A DNA stretch of 64,000 bases from the NCBI RefSeq assembly GCF_009914755.1, contig NC_060931.1; one strand, given 5' to 3'. Below the pieces are notes generated by a model. It had not been told where the DNA came from and ran no database searches. It was given only the letters and a program-made list of their open reading frames with translations. The DNA comes from the human T2T-CHM13v2.0 reference genome, Homo sapiens. The position numbers and the translations under genes were made by a program. Shown one piece after another: positions 50,155 through 63,862 of this stretch. Each line of letters opens with the position of its first letter. Position 1 is the first letter of the stretch.

Positions 50155-51960
50155 GGTATGCAGCCCTGTGAATTTCAAAACATGTAGATATATGTAATTA
50201 CCACCATAAAAAGCACACATGCCTCACACCCCAAAATCTCCTCCATGCTGTCATTCTACAGTCACAACTTCCCCCTCCTCCAGCCCCTAGCAACCACTGA
50301 TCTGTTCTCCATTACTATAGTTTTGTCATGTAAATGGGATTATAGAATAAATAACCTTTTGAGATGGCTTCTTTTACTCAGCATAGTGTCTTTGAGATTC
50401 ACCCAACTTGTTGAACGTATCAACAGTCTATTCCTTCTTATTGCTGAGTAGTATTTCATTGTAGGAATGTACCACAATTTGTTTAACCATTCACCTGTTA
50501 AGCAACAGAACATTTAGATGGTTTTACTGGTAAAGCTACTATGAACTTTCATATTCAGCTTTTTGTGGAAACATAAATTTTTATTTCTCTGGGATGAACA
50601 TTCAGGAGTGGGAGAGCTGGATCACTAGTAAGCATATGTTAACTTTATAGGAAACTGCCAAACCACTTTCCAAAGTAGTTATATCACTTTGCATTTATGC
50701 CAGCAATGTATGGGAGTTTTAGTTGCTCTATATCCTGGTCAGCACTTGGTATTATTAGTATTTTTATTTTAGTTATTCTAGTAGGTATGTAGCAGTATTG
50801 AATCATGGTTTTAATTTGCATTTCCCTAATAGCTAATAATGTTGAATATCTTTTCATGTGCTTATTTGCCATACTTATATCCTCTTTGGTGAAGTGTCTG
50901 TTCAAGCCCTTTGCCCATTTGTAAATGTTGTTGTCGTCTTTTTATTGAGTTTTGAGAGTTCTTTATATATACTGATATAAGACCTTTGTAAGATATGTAA
51001 TTTGTAGTATTTCCTCCTAGTCTGTGGCTTATTTTTTCATTCTTTTGACCATGTCCTTAACAGAGCAAAAATTTTTAATTTTGATGAAGACTAATATATC
51101 CAGTTTTTATTTTATGGATGGTATTTTTGGTGTCATTTGGGCTCATCATCTAACCCCAGTTCATAAAGATTTTCTCTTATGTTTTCTTCTTAAAGTTTTG
51201 TAGTTTCATGTTTTATATTTAGAGCTAGGCTCTATTTTGAGTTAATCTTTGCATAAAGTGTGAAATTTAGGTCAAATTCATGTTTTTACATAAAAAGATA
51301 AATTGTTCCAAAACCATTGATTGAAAAGAGTATTCTTTCTTCATTGAATGGTTTTTGTCAACTGCCTTTGTCAGAGATCAAATGGCCATGTTTGTATAAG
51401 TATATTTATGGACTCTATTTTGTTCTGATCCACTTGTTATCTCTTCACCAATTCCATTCCACTGTTTTGATTACTGTAACTTTATAGTAAGTCCTAAAAA
51501 TTTTACTTATACGTAAAGAACTCCAACATTATTCTTTTTTCAAAATTATTTTAGTTTTTCTAATTTCTTTTCTCCCATATAAATTTTAGCGCCAACTTGT
51601 TTATATCTACAAAAAAAAATTGCTGGGATTTTGATTAGTATTGCTTAAAACTATAGCTCACTTTGGGAGAATTGGCATCTTTATTATGTTAAGTCTTCCA
51701 AACAATGAACACTGTATGTCTCTCCATTTATTTAGATCTTCTTTGATTTCTTTCATTAGCATTTTGTAATTGAACATGTAGCAAATATAGCATGTTAGTT
51801 ATGGTTATTATACAGTTACAGTTGCTAGATTTATAACTATTTCATTTTTAGAACGATTTTAAATGGTATATATTTTTCAATTTTAGTTTCCAATTTTCAT
51901 TGCTTCTATATATAGAAATATATTGATACATGTATATTGACCTTTTATTCCCACTCTCTT
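50155..51960 (-). mobile_element. L1MC/L1MB-type 3' region (~1.8 kb)
   Basis: CCCCTAGCAACCACTGATCTGTTCTCC 3'UTR; ORF 50684-50905 ([33 protein letters not shown]) is ORF2p. Confidence 0.92.
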
Positions 51961-52281
51961 TATAGAATCCATTAACAAATACTGAATAGTTTCTCATGTT
52001 ACTCACTCTCACCAGAGAAAGCAGAGTATCAGACCCCTGAGGCTAGGACATAGCATAGAAACAGGACAGGAAGGAAGAATGGTGCATGTGGAACAACCTA
52101 GGCTTTAGGTAAAATCAGACAGCTCTAGGACCCTAGCTTGTCTTCTCAAATGTGTGACTTTGGGCAATCTTGTGTAGGACTGGCATACTGTAAGTTCTCA
52201 GCAAGCAATAGCTTTCCTTGATGAAGAGAAGACGGAAAAGCCTAGAGCTGTCATTTTCAGATTTTTTTTTTTCCTTTTTAA

Positions 52282-52560
<279 letters not shown>

Positions 52561-52744
52561 TAGTATCCTGGCTGTATTTGTGTGAGTCTACTTCTGGACC
52601 TTACCCTATCTCTTTAGCAATTCCCACTGTTCCCTAGAATATCAGGGAGCACTGTTTGAGAAAAAAAATTGTTTGCAGTATTGATATAGGAAACCCTGTA
52701 AAGGTGGCCAGACTCCAAAGGGTCAGAGCAGAGCAGTATGTGTA

Positions 52745-52895
52745 GCCTTGCTACTCAAAGTATAGTTCCTGAACCATCAGCATCACCTGCATCCCAGGCT
52801 CATCTCAGACATACTGAATGAGAATCTGCATTCCTGTTGTAATTGTCCAGCCGATCTGTGATCTGTGCACACCTTAGGGTTTCAGAAGCTCTGGT
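52745..52895. mobile_element. MER5A-like MITE
   Basis: GCTACTCAAAGTATAGTTCCTGAACCATCAGCATCACCTG..ACTGAATGAGAATCTGCATT. Confidence 0.7.
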
Positions 52896-54009
52896 ACAAT
52901 GTGAGGAGTAGAGAGAAAGCACACAATAGAGTCATCACAAAATGTGAGGCATACCAAGAGTGTGCAACTAAATTTTGCCAAGGCTGCACTCCATTAATCT
53001 TCTTTAGAAATTTAATAATTTGTATGCTATTATTAGCATTTCTCAGATGTTTTCAGGGAGTATGAGTTTATTAAAAGGAAAACACATTTTACTTATCTTT
53101 TCACTTTGACCCTTCAGACCCATTTTTGGATTTCTAAATTATCTTTTTATTATGTCAACAACTTCTACCCTCATGAGGATTCGTGGCTTGTAATTATTTT
53201 GGTTAAGAAAAACAAACTTTCCTGTCACAAACAGAAAATCCATAATAATCTGACTCTATAATGTGAGTTGTTAATGAAATATTAGCTATTTGAGTAAAAT
53301 GGTACTACACAGCAATTATGAAACAAGAGAGAGAACACCCAGGCAAGAATCTCTACTTCTTTTCCACAGAAGTGGCTCTGCAGCTTTTCATCTAACACTG
53401 GTGTTCTTTTCGTAAATGATTGATTTTTCCACATCTGAATACTGATAAATCTATAATCAAGCTCTGATGTTAATATTGTGCCAGGATGAAAAACAGAATA
53501 ATAATGACACAGCAGGGTTACAACATTGAAAGAGAAATTGGGAATTCAGCATATTGAAAAGGGGATTTATTATCTATTTCTTTTGTGATCTGACCTGGAG
53601 TCCAGAAATTGCAGTATCCTTCCAGTCCCTTCATCTATAAAGTTTGGATGAGTTATGATTTTCAAACTATTCTATAGCTATGGAACCCTTTGTGCAAAGG
53701 AAATTATAAATGGCAGCTCTATGTATGAAATAAATGAAAAAGGGACAGCAAGCTGATGTGAACCAGGTTTGAAGCTCATGGGCAAGTTGCTCAGGTGTTG
53801 TTGAGTTCTGAAAATGGGGCAGTGCTTGGAAATCAGTGGATTGAAGACAGCTGGTATTTACCTAAATGATTTTATATTTATTCTTCATTTTAAAAAAATA
53901 CCAATTACAAAGATGAGGGGAATCTCTGTTAAAGCAAGCGGGCCTGGCTGTCACTAGGTTAATATCAAGTATATCAAATGCCATCGGTTCTGTCTGAGCA
54001 AGACATTTG

Positions 54010-54750
54010 CCATTCTTCCTCTCCTTGCAGTTCCCACAGCCACCGTCCTAGCTCAGGCAAATAACAACTTCTGCTGGAAAACTAGAACAGCCTCCCAAAT
54101 AGCCTCCCTCTCCACCTCCAGTTCTTTGGAAGACAAAGCCAATGTTCATACATACCAAACAGGTAGGACATCCTGCAGTTTGCTCATGGCTTTGTTATAA
54201 AGGCCCACTACCATGGAGAACAGAATTCAAAATCCCTTGCCTGCCATGAAGAGCTCTCCTCTATTTCGTCTCTAATCAGCTTTCTCTTTATCATTGCTCC
54301 CTTTGGCAAGCACTGTAATCTAGTCAACGGTAGCTATTCTCTCTTTCTAATCTGCAACCTACCCAGTGTCTTTCTCTCACTACTCCCTTTGTCTGTTACA
54401 TCTTATCTTTCCTCTATATTGTCTAAATAATACCCACCTTTCAAAGACTCAGTTAAAATGCCACCTCCTCCCTAAAGTCCTTCCTGAGTTTCTCTCTCCT
54501 TCCAAAGTTCTCCCTATCCCTGCTCCTCAAGCTAGTAATCGCTCTATTACTATATATATAGATCCCACTCTGAGCACGTATTCAGTTCCATTTTGATTAT
54601 AACTCTATACATCTAGCTCATTTTATATTATTATTGTTTTCATTGCCTCTCATAGTGGCTCCTTAGAAAATGCATCATATCTTATTCAATTCTGGATATC
54701 TCATGTTGTGCAGCATATGCCAGATACTTAGCAGATATTTGGAGAAAAAT
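54010..54750 (+). mobile_element. L2 LINE 3' region
   Basis: CCACAGCCACCGTCCTAGCTCAGGC..CCTTTCAAAGACTCAGTTAAAATGCCACCTCCTCC. Confidence 0.75.
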
Positions 54751-56391
54751 TATAGTCTGTATTTTACAATATGATAATTGCCTCCCTGAGAAAATCTGTT
54801 ACAAAAACAATTGTTTCAATAGGAAAAAGGGGTTACAGCTATTAAATGTAAGTCCATAACAAAATTATTTTTAACATGAATTTCAAGAATGAGGTTTTGA
54901 AATAACTCTACATATATGTTGTTACTGTAAGCAGATGTGTATTGAGTAAGCATAACTCTCTCAAACAACTTGTTGAAATGCATTCTTCTCTTGCTTTTAA
55001 CTCATTCATCAGGAGCTTCTTGATCTCCTTTATTACCCTTGATTCTGAATTTGGGCTTTTGCCGACAACACAGTTCCTAACTACTCACAGTGAACCAAAT
55101 ATAGGGAGGGAAACTGAAAGACCAGGATGGAAAAGAGAAGTCAGTTACCCAAAATAATTATGAGTTTCTTTGCTTTGCACAGGAAATTTAAATTATGATA
55201 TCATCATCCCCCACAGGAAGTATTGAGAAAGAGAGAAATTTATCCCCCACCAACCCCATTTCCATTGGCATTCTGACCTCTCTTCCCTTGGGTATTGTTG
55301 GGGGCCTCTCTCTTTACTCATCTAATTCCCCCCTCCCAGTTGGAGAAAGAGTGGGCTGACTGGTCAAGGCTTATGTAGTCCATGGGTTCTGGTTTTAGCT
55401 GTGAGCCATCTGGGTACCACAGCTGTTGAGCTCCTTTCCACTCCCAGGCCCACAGCTAATTGGGTAAATGGATTTGGAGCCTGTTTCTCAGATGCAGTCA
55501 ACCTGTAAGGGAGATACTATGGCTTGGGTTCAGGAGCGTATTAGAAAGATTTCATGTTGGCCTCAGTTCCAAGCTGTGTTCTCTAATCCAGACGTTAGTA
55601 GACTCTGCATTTTGAGGGATGTGGGTATTTTTTCTACCCATAGCAAAGTCTATACTTCTTCCCTTTGGCCTGTTATCTTTATACCTATTCTCTATCAGTC
55701 AGAACATGGAAGGGAGGAGAGGTGAATCTTAGGCCCTCCAGCCTCTGACACAAATACTCCCTTGCATTTGTGAAACATTTCATAATTTATAAAGCATGTT
55801 TACTTCTAGTAGCTCACTTGATTTTCACAACCCTGAGAACTACCTTAAGATCTTCCTAGCCTTGCCCATGACATTTTCAGTGGCAGAAGATCCAAGTCAC
55901 CAACACCAGGAAAATGTTCTTTTTATCCATCCTGAAATTGGGCCTTGGCAGTGACTTGAAGATTCCTTCTCTCCTGTTTCCTGTGAGCTACGGCTGGGAA
56001 TTTTCTTTAGCAACACCCTCAAGCAGAGCTTCCCTATACATTGGGGGACAAAGCCGCATAAATAGAGTAAGATGCCCACGAAATGCATGTGAGATGAAGT
56101 GACAGGAAAAAGAAGTGTAACTTGTAGGTGATTAGCTTGGAAATCCAGCAGCTAGGGCAGAAATGCTGGAAAAGAAAGAGGATTTGAAAAAGCAAGTCCT
56201 TGTTCCCTGGTTCGTCTGACTTCCAGGTGATCAGGAGAATCTAATTTTAAAATCTGTAATAAAGTATAGTATACACTGGTAGTAAGGAAGGAAGAGTTGA
56301 GGCTCTTGGAGAACTGGAAGTCTATTTGAAGAAGCTGATGATACCTATTGACACAGACACTGGAAAGCAGTTAAATATTAATGAACCTTAA

Positions 56392-56522
56392 CCCATGTAT
56401 GCCTAGTGTTCCATTATTGGAATGCTAAGCTTGTGGGAGTTATTTATATCCTTCTGCTCAAGGTCATTGCCAAGGTCTGATTTTTCACACAAAAAAAATT
56501 TGAGACCTCTGGCATAAATGGG
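56392..56522 (+). mobile_element. MER85 non-autonomous piggyBac element (PGBD3-derived MITE)
   Basis: TTAA TSDs at 56388-56391 and 56523-56526; 13-bp TIRs CCCATGTATGCCT / TGGCATAAATGGG; internal GTTCCATTATTGGAAT..GTGGGAGTTATTTATATCCT..GCTCAAGGTCATTGCCAAGGTCTGATT. Confidence 0.95.
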
Positions 56523-57049
56523 TTAATTCAAATAGGAATAAAACTATCTCCTATTTTCTTACTCCTCCCCCAAGCTAATGCATACTGCTGAGGCTACCCA
56601 AGACAGATAGATACAAAGGCAGCTTGAGCCAGTTTCCCATTTATTTTCTAAAGGCAAGGAGGCCCCTTCTGAAATTGTTGCTTGGCAACCTTGAATTCAA
56701 ATCTTCACCATTGGAGGCCACTCATGTAATCCGCAGACAAGACTCCAAAGTCTTGACTCATGTGATCAGTAGGTATCATCATCTTCTTCAAATAGTCTTC
56801 CAGTTCTCCAGGTGCCTCAACTCTTCCTCACTACCAGAGTATACTGCAGTTTATTACAGATTTTAAAGCACATCAGTGAATACATGCCTTTTAAAGCTGG
56901 GCTCTTGGGCTCTGACTGCTGTCCTTGTGGTGGGCTCCACTTGGCATGTTTTCCCTCTGTCTTTCCAGGCTAGCATTTACCTGCGTGGTTTTCTTGGGTT
57001 TCTCCTGTGTGGATTTCTCACATAACACCTTAAGGAAGAAGAAAAGAAA

Positions 57050-57370
57050 ATGAACACTTATTGAGCATATATAATTTTTCAGGTAGGATGCCAAGTAATT
57101 TAAAAAGTTATCACATTAATCCTTACCCCTTATAGTAAGTCAAGGAAGTCAAGGCATTACATGGCATCTCACATTTATAAAATGGTCTTTCTTTATAATT
57201 CATTTAAATTATTACTTCATTTCATCTTCACAGTTGTTCTGTTGTGAGAAGGGCATGATTCACATTTCAGATCATGTGAAAAAACTGAGATCCAAAGAGG
57301 CTGATCAATACAAAGAGAGTTTTGAAAGAGCTAACACTTGAGCCCAGATTAGTATCCATTCTAGGAAGCT
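57050..57370 (-). mobile_element. MIR fragments
   Basis: AACACTTATTGAGCA..; CAGATCATGTGAAAAAACTGAGATCCAAAGAGG. Confidence 0.55.
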
Positions 57371-57414
57371 CTGAAAGGCCTACTTCCATGTAAGACCCAC
57401 TCTGAAGGCATGCG

Positions 57415-57640
57415 AAGAATGTAGCCTTCAGAATCATCCAGATGTGGCAATTCAAGTCCTGGCTCTGCCATGTCCTAGCTCTGTGGCCTTGGTCAAGTCT
57501 TTTAACCTCATACCGCTCTGGTTACTTTATCTTAACTGGTTACTTAAATAATTCCTATCTCATAAAATTGCTGCATGATTTAAATGAGATACATTTTGCC
57601 ATGTGCCTGGAGCTTAATAGTTTTTAAAAAACAAATGCTC
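57415..57640 (+). mobile_element. MIR SINE
   Basis: TTCAAGTCCTGGCTCTGCCA..TAGCTCTGTGGCCTTGGTCAAGTCTTTTAACCTC..TTAAATGAGATA. Confidence 0.85.
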
Positions 57641-58217
57641 ATTTCCTTTTCTATTCATCTTCTAGAGCAGGTAATCATAAATGGAGGCATAGACAGGTGA
57701 AAGGTCCTGGATCAGAATCTGGGATTATATAGTCAGCAATGTGAGTACATGTTTATTAAAAGGGGGAACACCTGTTAAAAGTTGCAAGATGCTCTTCCAG
57801 GATGTATGAATCTCAAAATATGTAATTAACCATTATATTGAGCATTTTCCTCATGCGAGGCACCATGTTGGGTGCTGAAGGGGATATAAAAACATGGTCC
57901 TACCTTCAGAGAGTGATCTTTGGTCTGCCATGAATGTCTATTCTTTTTCCAAAGACAACTGTAGAAGGAAGTACAGATTCTTAGATTCTAGGCTACTCTC
58001 ATGTCTCTAAGCAAGTATTCCATCCTTGTGTGGTTTCTCAAGGAGTTTTACTGCAACAACAGGGTCAAAGCAATAAAAGATGAAGTTTAAAAGTTAAAAG
58101 AGACCTTTATAATCTTCCATTAATAGTACCCCTGGCAATCTCTCAGAAGCAGGGTTTGCTGGGTCTCTCTCAGCTTTTGTCTTCTAGTCTAGAGGTCAGC
58201 CAGGCCTGCTTGTTCTA

Positions 58218-58420
58218 ACATAGTTTTTTAAATTAGTGGGTCATCAAGTCAATTTAGTAGGTCTTGGCCAGCATTTTTTAAATAAAAAAGACCAGAACAA
58301 ATTAGAAAAAAAATCAAAATGCCTTGTATTTTATCCTCAGTAAATGTGATTTTTTTCCATGAAACAGCCTGTATAGGATATTTTTTACCACAGGTAACCA
58401 AAAATGTTTGAAAAACATGT
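58218..58420. mobile_element. hAT-Charlie-type MITE (subfamily unresolved)
   Basis: ATTAGTGGGTCATCAAGTCAATTTAGTAGGTC..CAGCATTTTT..GTTTGAAAAACATG, with TTCTAA on both flanks. Confidence 0.55.
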
Positions 58421-59379
58421 TCTAAAAAACAAAGTCTTACAAATTATAACTGCCAGGAGTGTTTGTGGAATAAGTGGCAGGTTTCAGTCTTTAGGTTTAA
58501 ATCTAGCACTTTGGAAGCTGTTTCATTCTAGGCATTGTTAGTAAAATTTATGTAGCTGACATTAGATAAAATGGTCTTCCCTTCTGTTGGCTACATGAAC
58601 CAATCAGGTAGATTTCCTCCTGATGTCATATTCATCTCTACCACCACCACAACCACCACGGTCTCCTCCTACTCCCACAGGAGAATCTCTCTGGCAGGGC
58701 CCCTTGATCTAGTCCCTTACAGGCTGATGGATCCTTGCTCTTATTCTCTGCATCTCCTGCAAATGGATACATGATCAGTCCATCACCAGAAATAACTTAA
58801 TCTAACTCATAACTGCTCAGAAATCCATATAGAGTTCAAAAGATAGGGCAGATTTTGTTGCCATTCTCATTCTCCACAAGCCACCTTCTGCTGTGTTTCT
58901 ATGTTTCTGCCTTGTATGGATGCCTGGGAACACCTTCTTTCCTGGGATTCCCTCCTCTTCTTGGATAATTCAGTTTCATTCTGCCACTATGCCTTATACT
59001 CTAACCAGCCAACCCCACAAGCTGTCACCATTCAGATCCAAATCAACAATTTTTTTTTTAACTTGGATCTTCTCATGGTTCAGAGTAGAATTGTCTTAAA
59101 ACTAAAACCTTTCTCTGACTGATCCTGCTCACTCCTCTAGACATAACTCTAATACGTTGTTATTTTTAAAAGGGACAAAAGACATGAAGTGGACAGAGCA
59201 CACCTGTCTTATCTCATTAGACTGGGGATGTGTTCTCTGCATCACAGGAGGTCCCCACATTGGAAAGTCTGTGAGCTGACATTGAAATTTCAAAAGAACC
59301 CATGCTTTTAACCTACTGAATAATGTTTGAACCAAAAGATTCTTAAAACATAGATACATATTAGTTCCCTCCCAATGTC

Positions 59380-59940
59380 CTATAGTTCTATAGTTGTTCA
59401 GATAAGGAACTGTTGGTGATGACTAGAATGACAACAGAAGGCTTTGTGGAGTAGACGAGAACTGAACCTGAATAGGTGGGCAGAAGCAATGTAAATAGGA
59501 CTTTGTATGCAATTAGGACAAATAAAGAAAGCAGAAAGGAATCAGGAAGCCCTGCATGAATGAATGGACCAGCCTGGTGGGATGGAGAGATGGATTGGAA
59601 CTCGGTAGTGAGGTAGCATGGAAATGCAGATTAAGACCAGATCCTCAAGGAAATACTTGAGTGCCAGGAAAAGAAGGGAAGCCCTGGTTTTTTAGCAAAT
59701 GAAAGTCTTGATTTTGAGCCAAGCTTTCTGAGCAAACCAAGGCAAATGAAGCCTTGGTATTTGAGCCTTGGATTTAGAGAGATTAACATTCTAGTTTGAG
59801 GAGCAGGATTTGGTACAAAGAGACATCCAGCAAAGACAGACCATAGGAAGAGCCACTACAGTAATCCAGAGTTGAGGTAAACGAGCACACCAACCAGAGT
59901 GATGCAGTGGGAACTGAAAGGGAAAAATAAATATGAAGGC
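59380..59940 (-). mobile_element. L2 LINE fragment
   Basis: AGAAGGCTTTGTGGAG..CTTGAGTGCCAGG..TAGGAAGAGCCACTACAGTAATCCAG. Confidence 0.6.
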
Positions 59941-60429
59941 TTTTACGAGACAGCGCACCCTCAACTAGGGGCAATCTGATCAGCCGCATTGTATTTATGT
60001 GCTGTGTCTTGAACCAGTTAATTTGCCCTTCAGATGTGTCTTTCCTGAATATGCAAATTCTCATTAAGATACATGCCATATGCCTGCTTTGAAGCTAAGT
60101 CAGACCCCACCTAACGCTGGCCTTTACCTCTTTTTTCTCATTGGGTAATCAGCTCACTGAAGCAGATGTTACTTCCCAACTCCAGAGATGCCAACAGCCT
60201 CAGAAAGAAATGGATTATAGAACTGGGGTCTGCACTCAGCATGATCCAAATATGGAAATCAAACTGAGGCCTTCTTAGGCTCTGTGCTTGGCAATAAAAA
60301 TGAAAAAGGGCTTAATGTTGGGCCTCAAAAGACACTGTGGTTACCAGGGCTTAGTGGGCACATTTACTTGCCCACAGAAGGTCTTGCCAATTAACACTAA
60401 TGGTGTGCTTTCAATTTACCTTCACGGAT

Positions 60430-60580
60430 TAATTTGACAAATATTTATTGGCTGCGTACCAGGCATCAAACAAGGCAGTGGGGATAAAAAGATGCAAAGG
60501 GCACAGTTCTTGACTTTGATAGAGTTTCCTGCTGAGTGGGGGAAGACAGACCTATAAACAAGTAAATAATATTACACTGG
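60430..60580 (-). mobile_element. L2 3' tail fragment
   Basis: GACAAATATTTATTGGCTGCGTACCAGGCA..GGGGAAGACAGAC..AAACAAGTAAAT. Confidence 0.7.
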
Positions 60581-60731
60581 AGTGCTCTGCCCTCTGCTTG
60601 TCCTCTGAGCACCCAAAATTGTAATAATCTGATGCTGTAGAGAGAGAGAGTTTGGGATTAAGGTCTTCACACTGCATACTTTTCAATAATCACTTAGAAA
60701 GTCAAGAAGCCACATATAAATAAATACCTTA

Positions 60732-61151
<420 letters not shown>

Positions 61152-61844
61152 CTAGGGTCTTTATTTAACTGGTGTGGTTACACTGTCTAATGTTCCTTAT
61201 TTTTCAGAAGCATTGAACTTCACGATGTGGAGGCCCCTATTCTCAGACCCTAGAGTGAGTCAGACTGCCCACGCTTAGTGGTGGAGAATTCCAACAGTCA
61301 GCAATAGGTACAGTGGGAACTGGAAAGAAGATAGCCTGAACTGTTAGTGAAATCCTTATGCAGGAGTTGTGAAAGTATAGTCTAGTGGGGTTTTGGCTGG
61401 GAAGTTTAGGAGAAATGAATAGCTTGTTTGTGAATATTTAATCTGCTCTGTGAATTATAATCATTTCTTTACAGTCAGAATCCTGTCCCTCAATAGGTAT
61501 TTCTTCCCAGGGACCACAACAGAAGTACATCTTAGGAAAAGGTCAACCCAGGATCACCAAGTAAAGCACAGATTTTGTTGTTAGTCATTTAATTTATGCT
61601 CATCTGTAACGAACTGTTTGTCTTTGCTAAGAATTAAAACCATATATCATTACGAGTCTTTGCTTTTGTTTTACAGTTTTTTTATTTTTTCAGTTAAAAT
61701 GAGGTGGTTTCTAGGGATGAAGGATATGCAAGGTTGAGATTGGAGAGGGCTAACAAAATGGATGTGGACTGGAAGTAAATGCTGTAATTATATTGGCTTT
61801 AAGGATTATTTTAAACCTTAGGAGGAAAGGAATGTATTGAGAAC

Positions 61845-61872
61845 TTTGTTTGTTTGTTTGTTTGTTTGTTTT
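61845..61872. repeat. (TTTG)n microsatellite
   Basis: Direct reading. Confidence 0.9.
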
Positions 61873-62133
61873 AATAGAAACTGTAGATAGCATGTCTCTA
61901 AATAGTTTCAGGTTAGTTTCCTTGAAAAGTATACTGCCTCGTTTCCTTCCTCATATCCTTGTTAGGTTTTGCTTAGTAATAATGTGAGGGGCCAAAAAAG
62001 CTTTTAAAGCTGATTTCCTTCACTTTGTAATTCCTTGCCAAGAACTAGAGTTCTGATTGTCCATGCCCTCTTCAGTCTCCTGGCTATTTATGAAAATATA
62101 AAATGAAACAAAGTGCACATGCCCCCTCCCCCC

Positions 62134-62134
<1 letters not shown>

Positions 62135-62179
<45 letters not shown>
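62135..62179. repeat. (CA)n microsatellite
   Basis: Direct reading. Confidence 0.97.
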
Positions 62180-62180
<1 letters not shown>

Positions 62181-62904
62181 CATGCGAGAGCCTAGTGCAA
62201 GAGAGCACCACAGAAAAATATGTTCACATTAATTTAATTGCACTAAAACTGGAAGTATTCAGAGGAATAATAAATCCTATTAGATTATTTTCTTGTCCTC
62301 AAAGAGAGGTGCCTGCCAATCAACAGCCCTTTACAGAGAGTTAAGTCATACCTTGCAACTGGGCCTGCTAGAGACAGGACCTGGATCTCAAGCACCAGCC
62401 AAAATCTGTCCATGGAGGCTGGAAATGCTGAGGTGGAATCACAGGACTTTTGTGTTCCGTGGTTTTCAAGTGAACGTAAATAATTCAAACATAAATAATT
62501 CAACAGCTGTGTTTCACTCCAGTGGAGTCCCCCAAATATTCACCCATTCCACAACTCATTTAAAGGAGTACACACCCAAGTAATTAGTGAATTACCCATT
62601 TCAGCTTGTGTAGCCAGGTGCCAAGAGGTGGTCTTATGTAGATGTCAGGCGATTACTTAACATGTTGAGTTGAGGCAAATCTACAGTTTCTCTTCTTGCT
62701 GATCTTATGACTTTTTCTCTGTTAATCAAAAGATCCCAGAAAGTTGTATGAATCACCAAGGCACTGGAAAACATCAGTACAACACATGTTGAGTCCAAGG
62801 TGCCCAAGGTCTAAACTATTTTCTAGTAATGGTGTTTCCACCTAGCTTAACATATTAAAGCATAACTTACCAGCCTCCCAATAAGTCTAATCTGTCTCTT
62901 CCTG

Positions 62905-62973
62905 GGAGGATGAGAGAGAGAGAGAGAGCAGGAGAGAGCAAGAGAGAGTGAAGTCAAGAGAAAGAGAGAGAGA
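62905..62973. repeat. (GA)n low-complexity repeat
   Basis: Direct reading. Confidence 0.85.
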
Positions 62974-63090
62974 ACCATTCTCTTTATTCAAATCCAAAGG
63001 GCTTCATTTACCATCTATTAGAAGAATTGACTTTCATATTCCTTGGAGTTCTACCCAAGTCAACCAGAGGGAAGGTTAAAGACTCACTCA

Positions 63091-63398
<308 letters not shown>

Positions 63399-63574
63399 AC
63401 TCATTCAATAAATATTGTGGGGGTACCTACAACATTTCAGCCCTTACAAATTGTTAGTGGAAAAAGACAAATATAGCACTTGGCTTCATAGTCTAGACTT
63501 CCACAAATCTGCATTGTTCGCCCAGTAGAAGGGCTAGATTCAAATTATGCACAAGGAATTGAAACAAAATGAGG

Positions 63575-63862
63575 TATGCACTAAAAAGGTGACCAGGGAA
63601 GCAAAGGGTCTGGGGATGCCACATGAAGAACATTTGAAGGAAATTGGGAAGTTTAGGAACGTTGTAGATATTATTCTCTGTGGTTCAAGAGGGTATATCC
63701 AAGACAAAAAGGTGGTGGATGTCAGTTCAATATAGAAATGGTATAACATCTACAGCCATCCCAGAACAGAATAAGCTGCTTTGAAAGGTGGCAAGAGCTC
63801 CATTCCTGTGTTCAGGTAGCCGCCATTTCAGACATCACTACTCAGTGGTCTTGTGGAGAGAT
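63575..63862 (+). mobile_element. L3/CR1 LINE fragment
   Basis: GTGACCAGG..AAGGGTCTGG..ATGAAGAACATTTGAAGGAAATTGGGAAGTTTAG..CAGTTCAATATAG. Confidence 0.65.
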
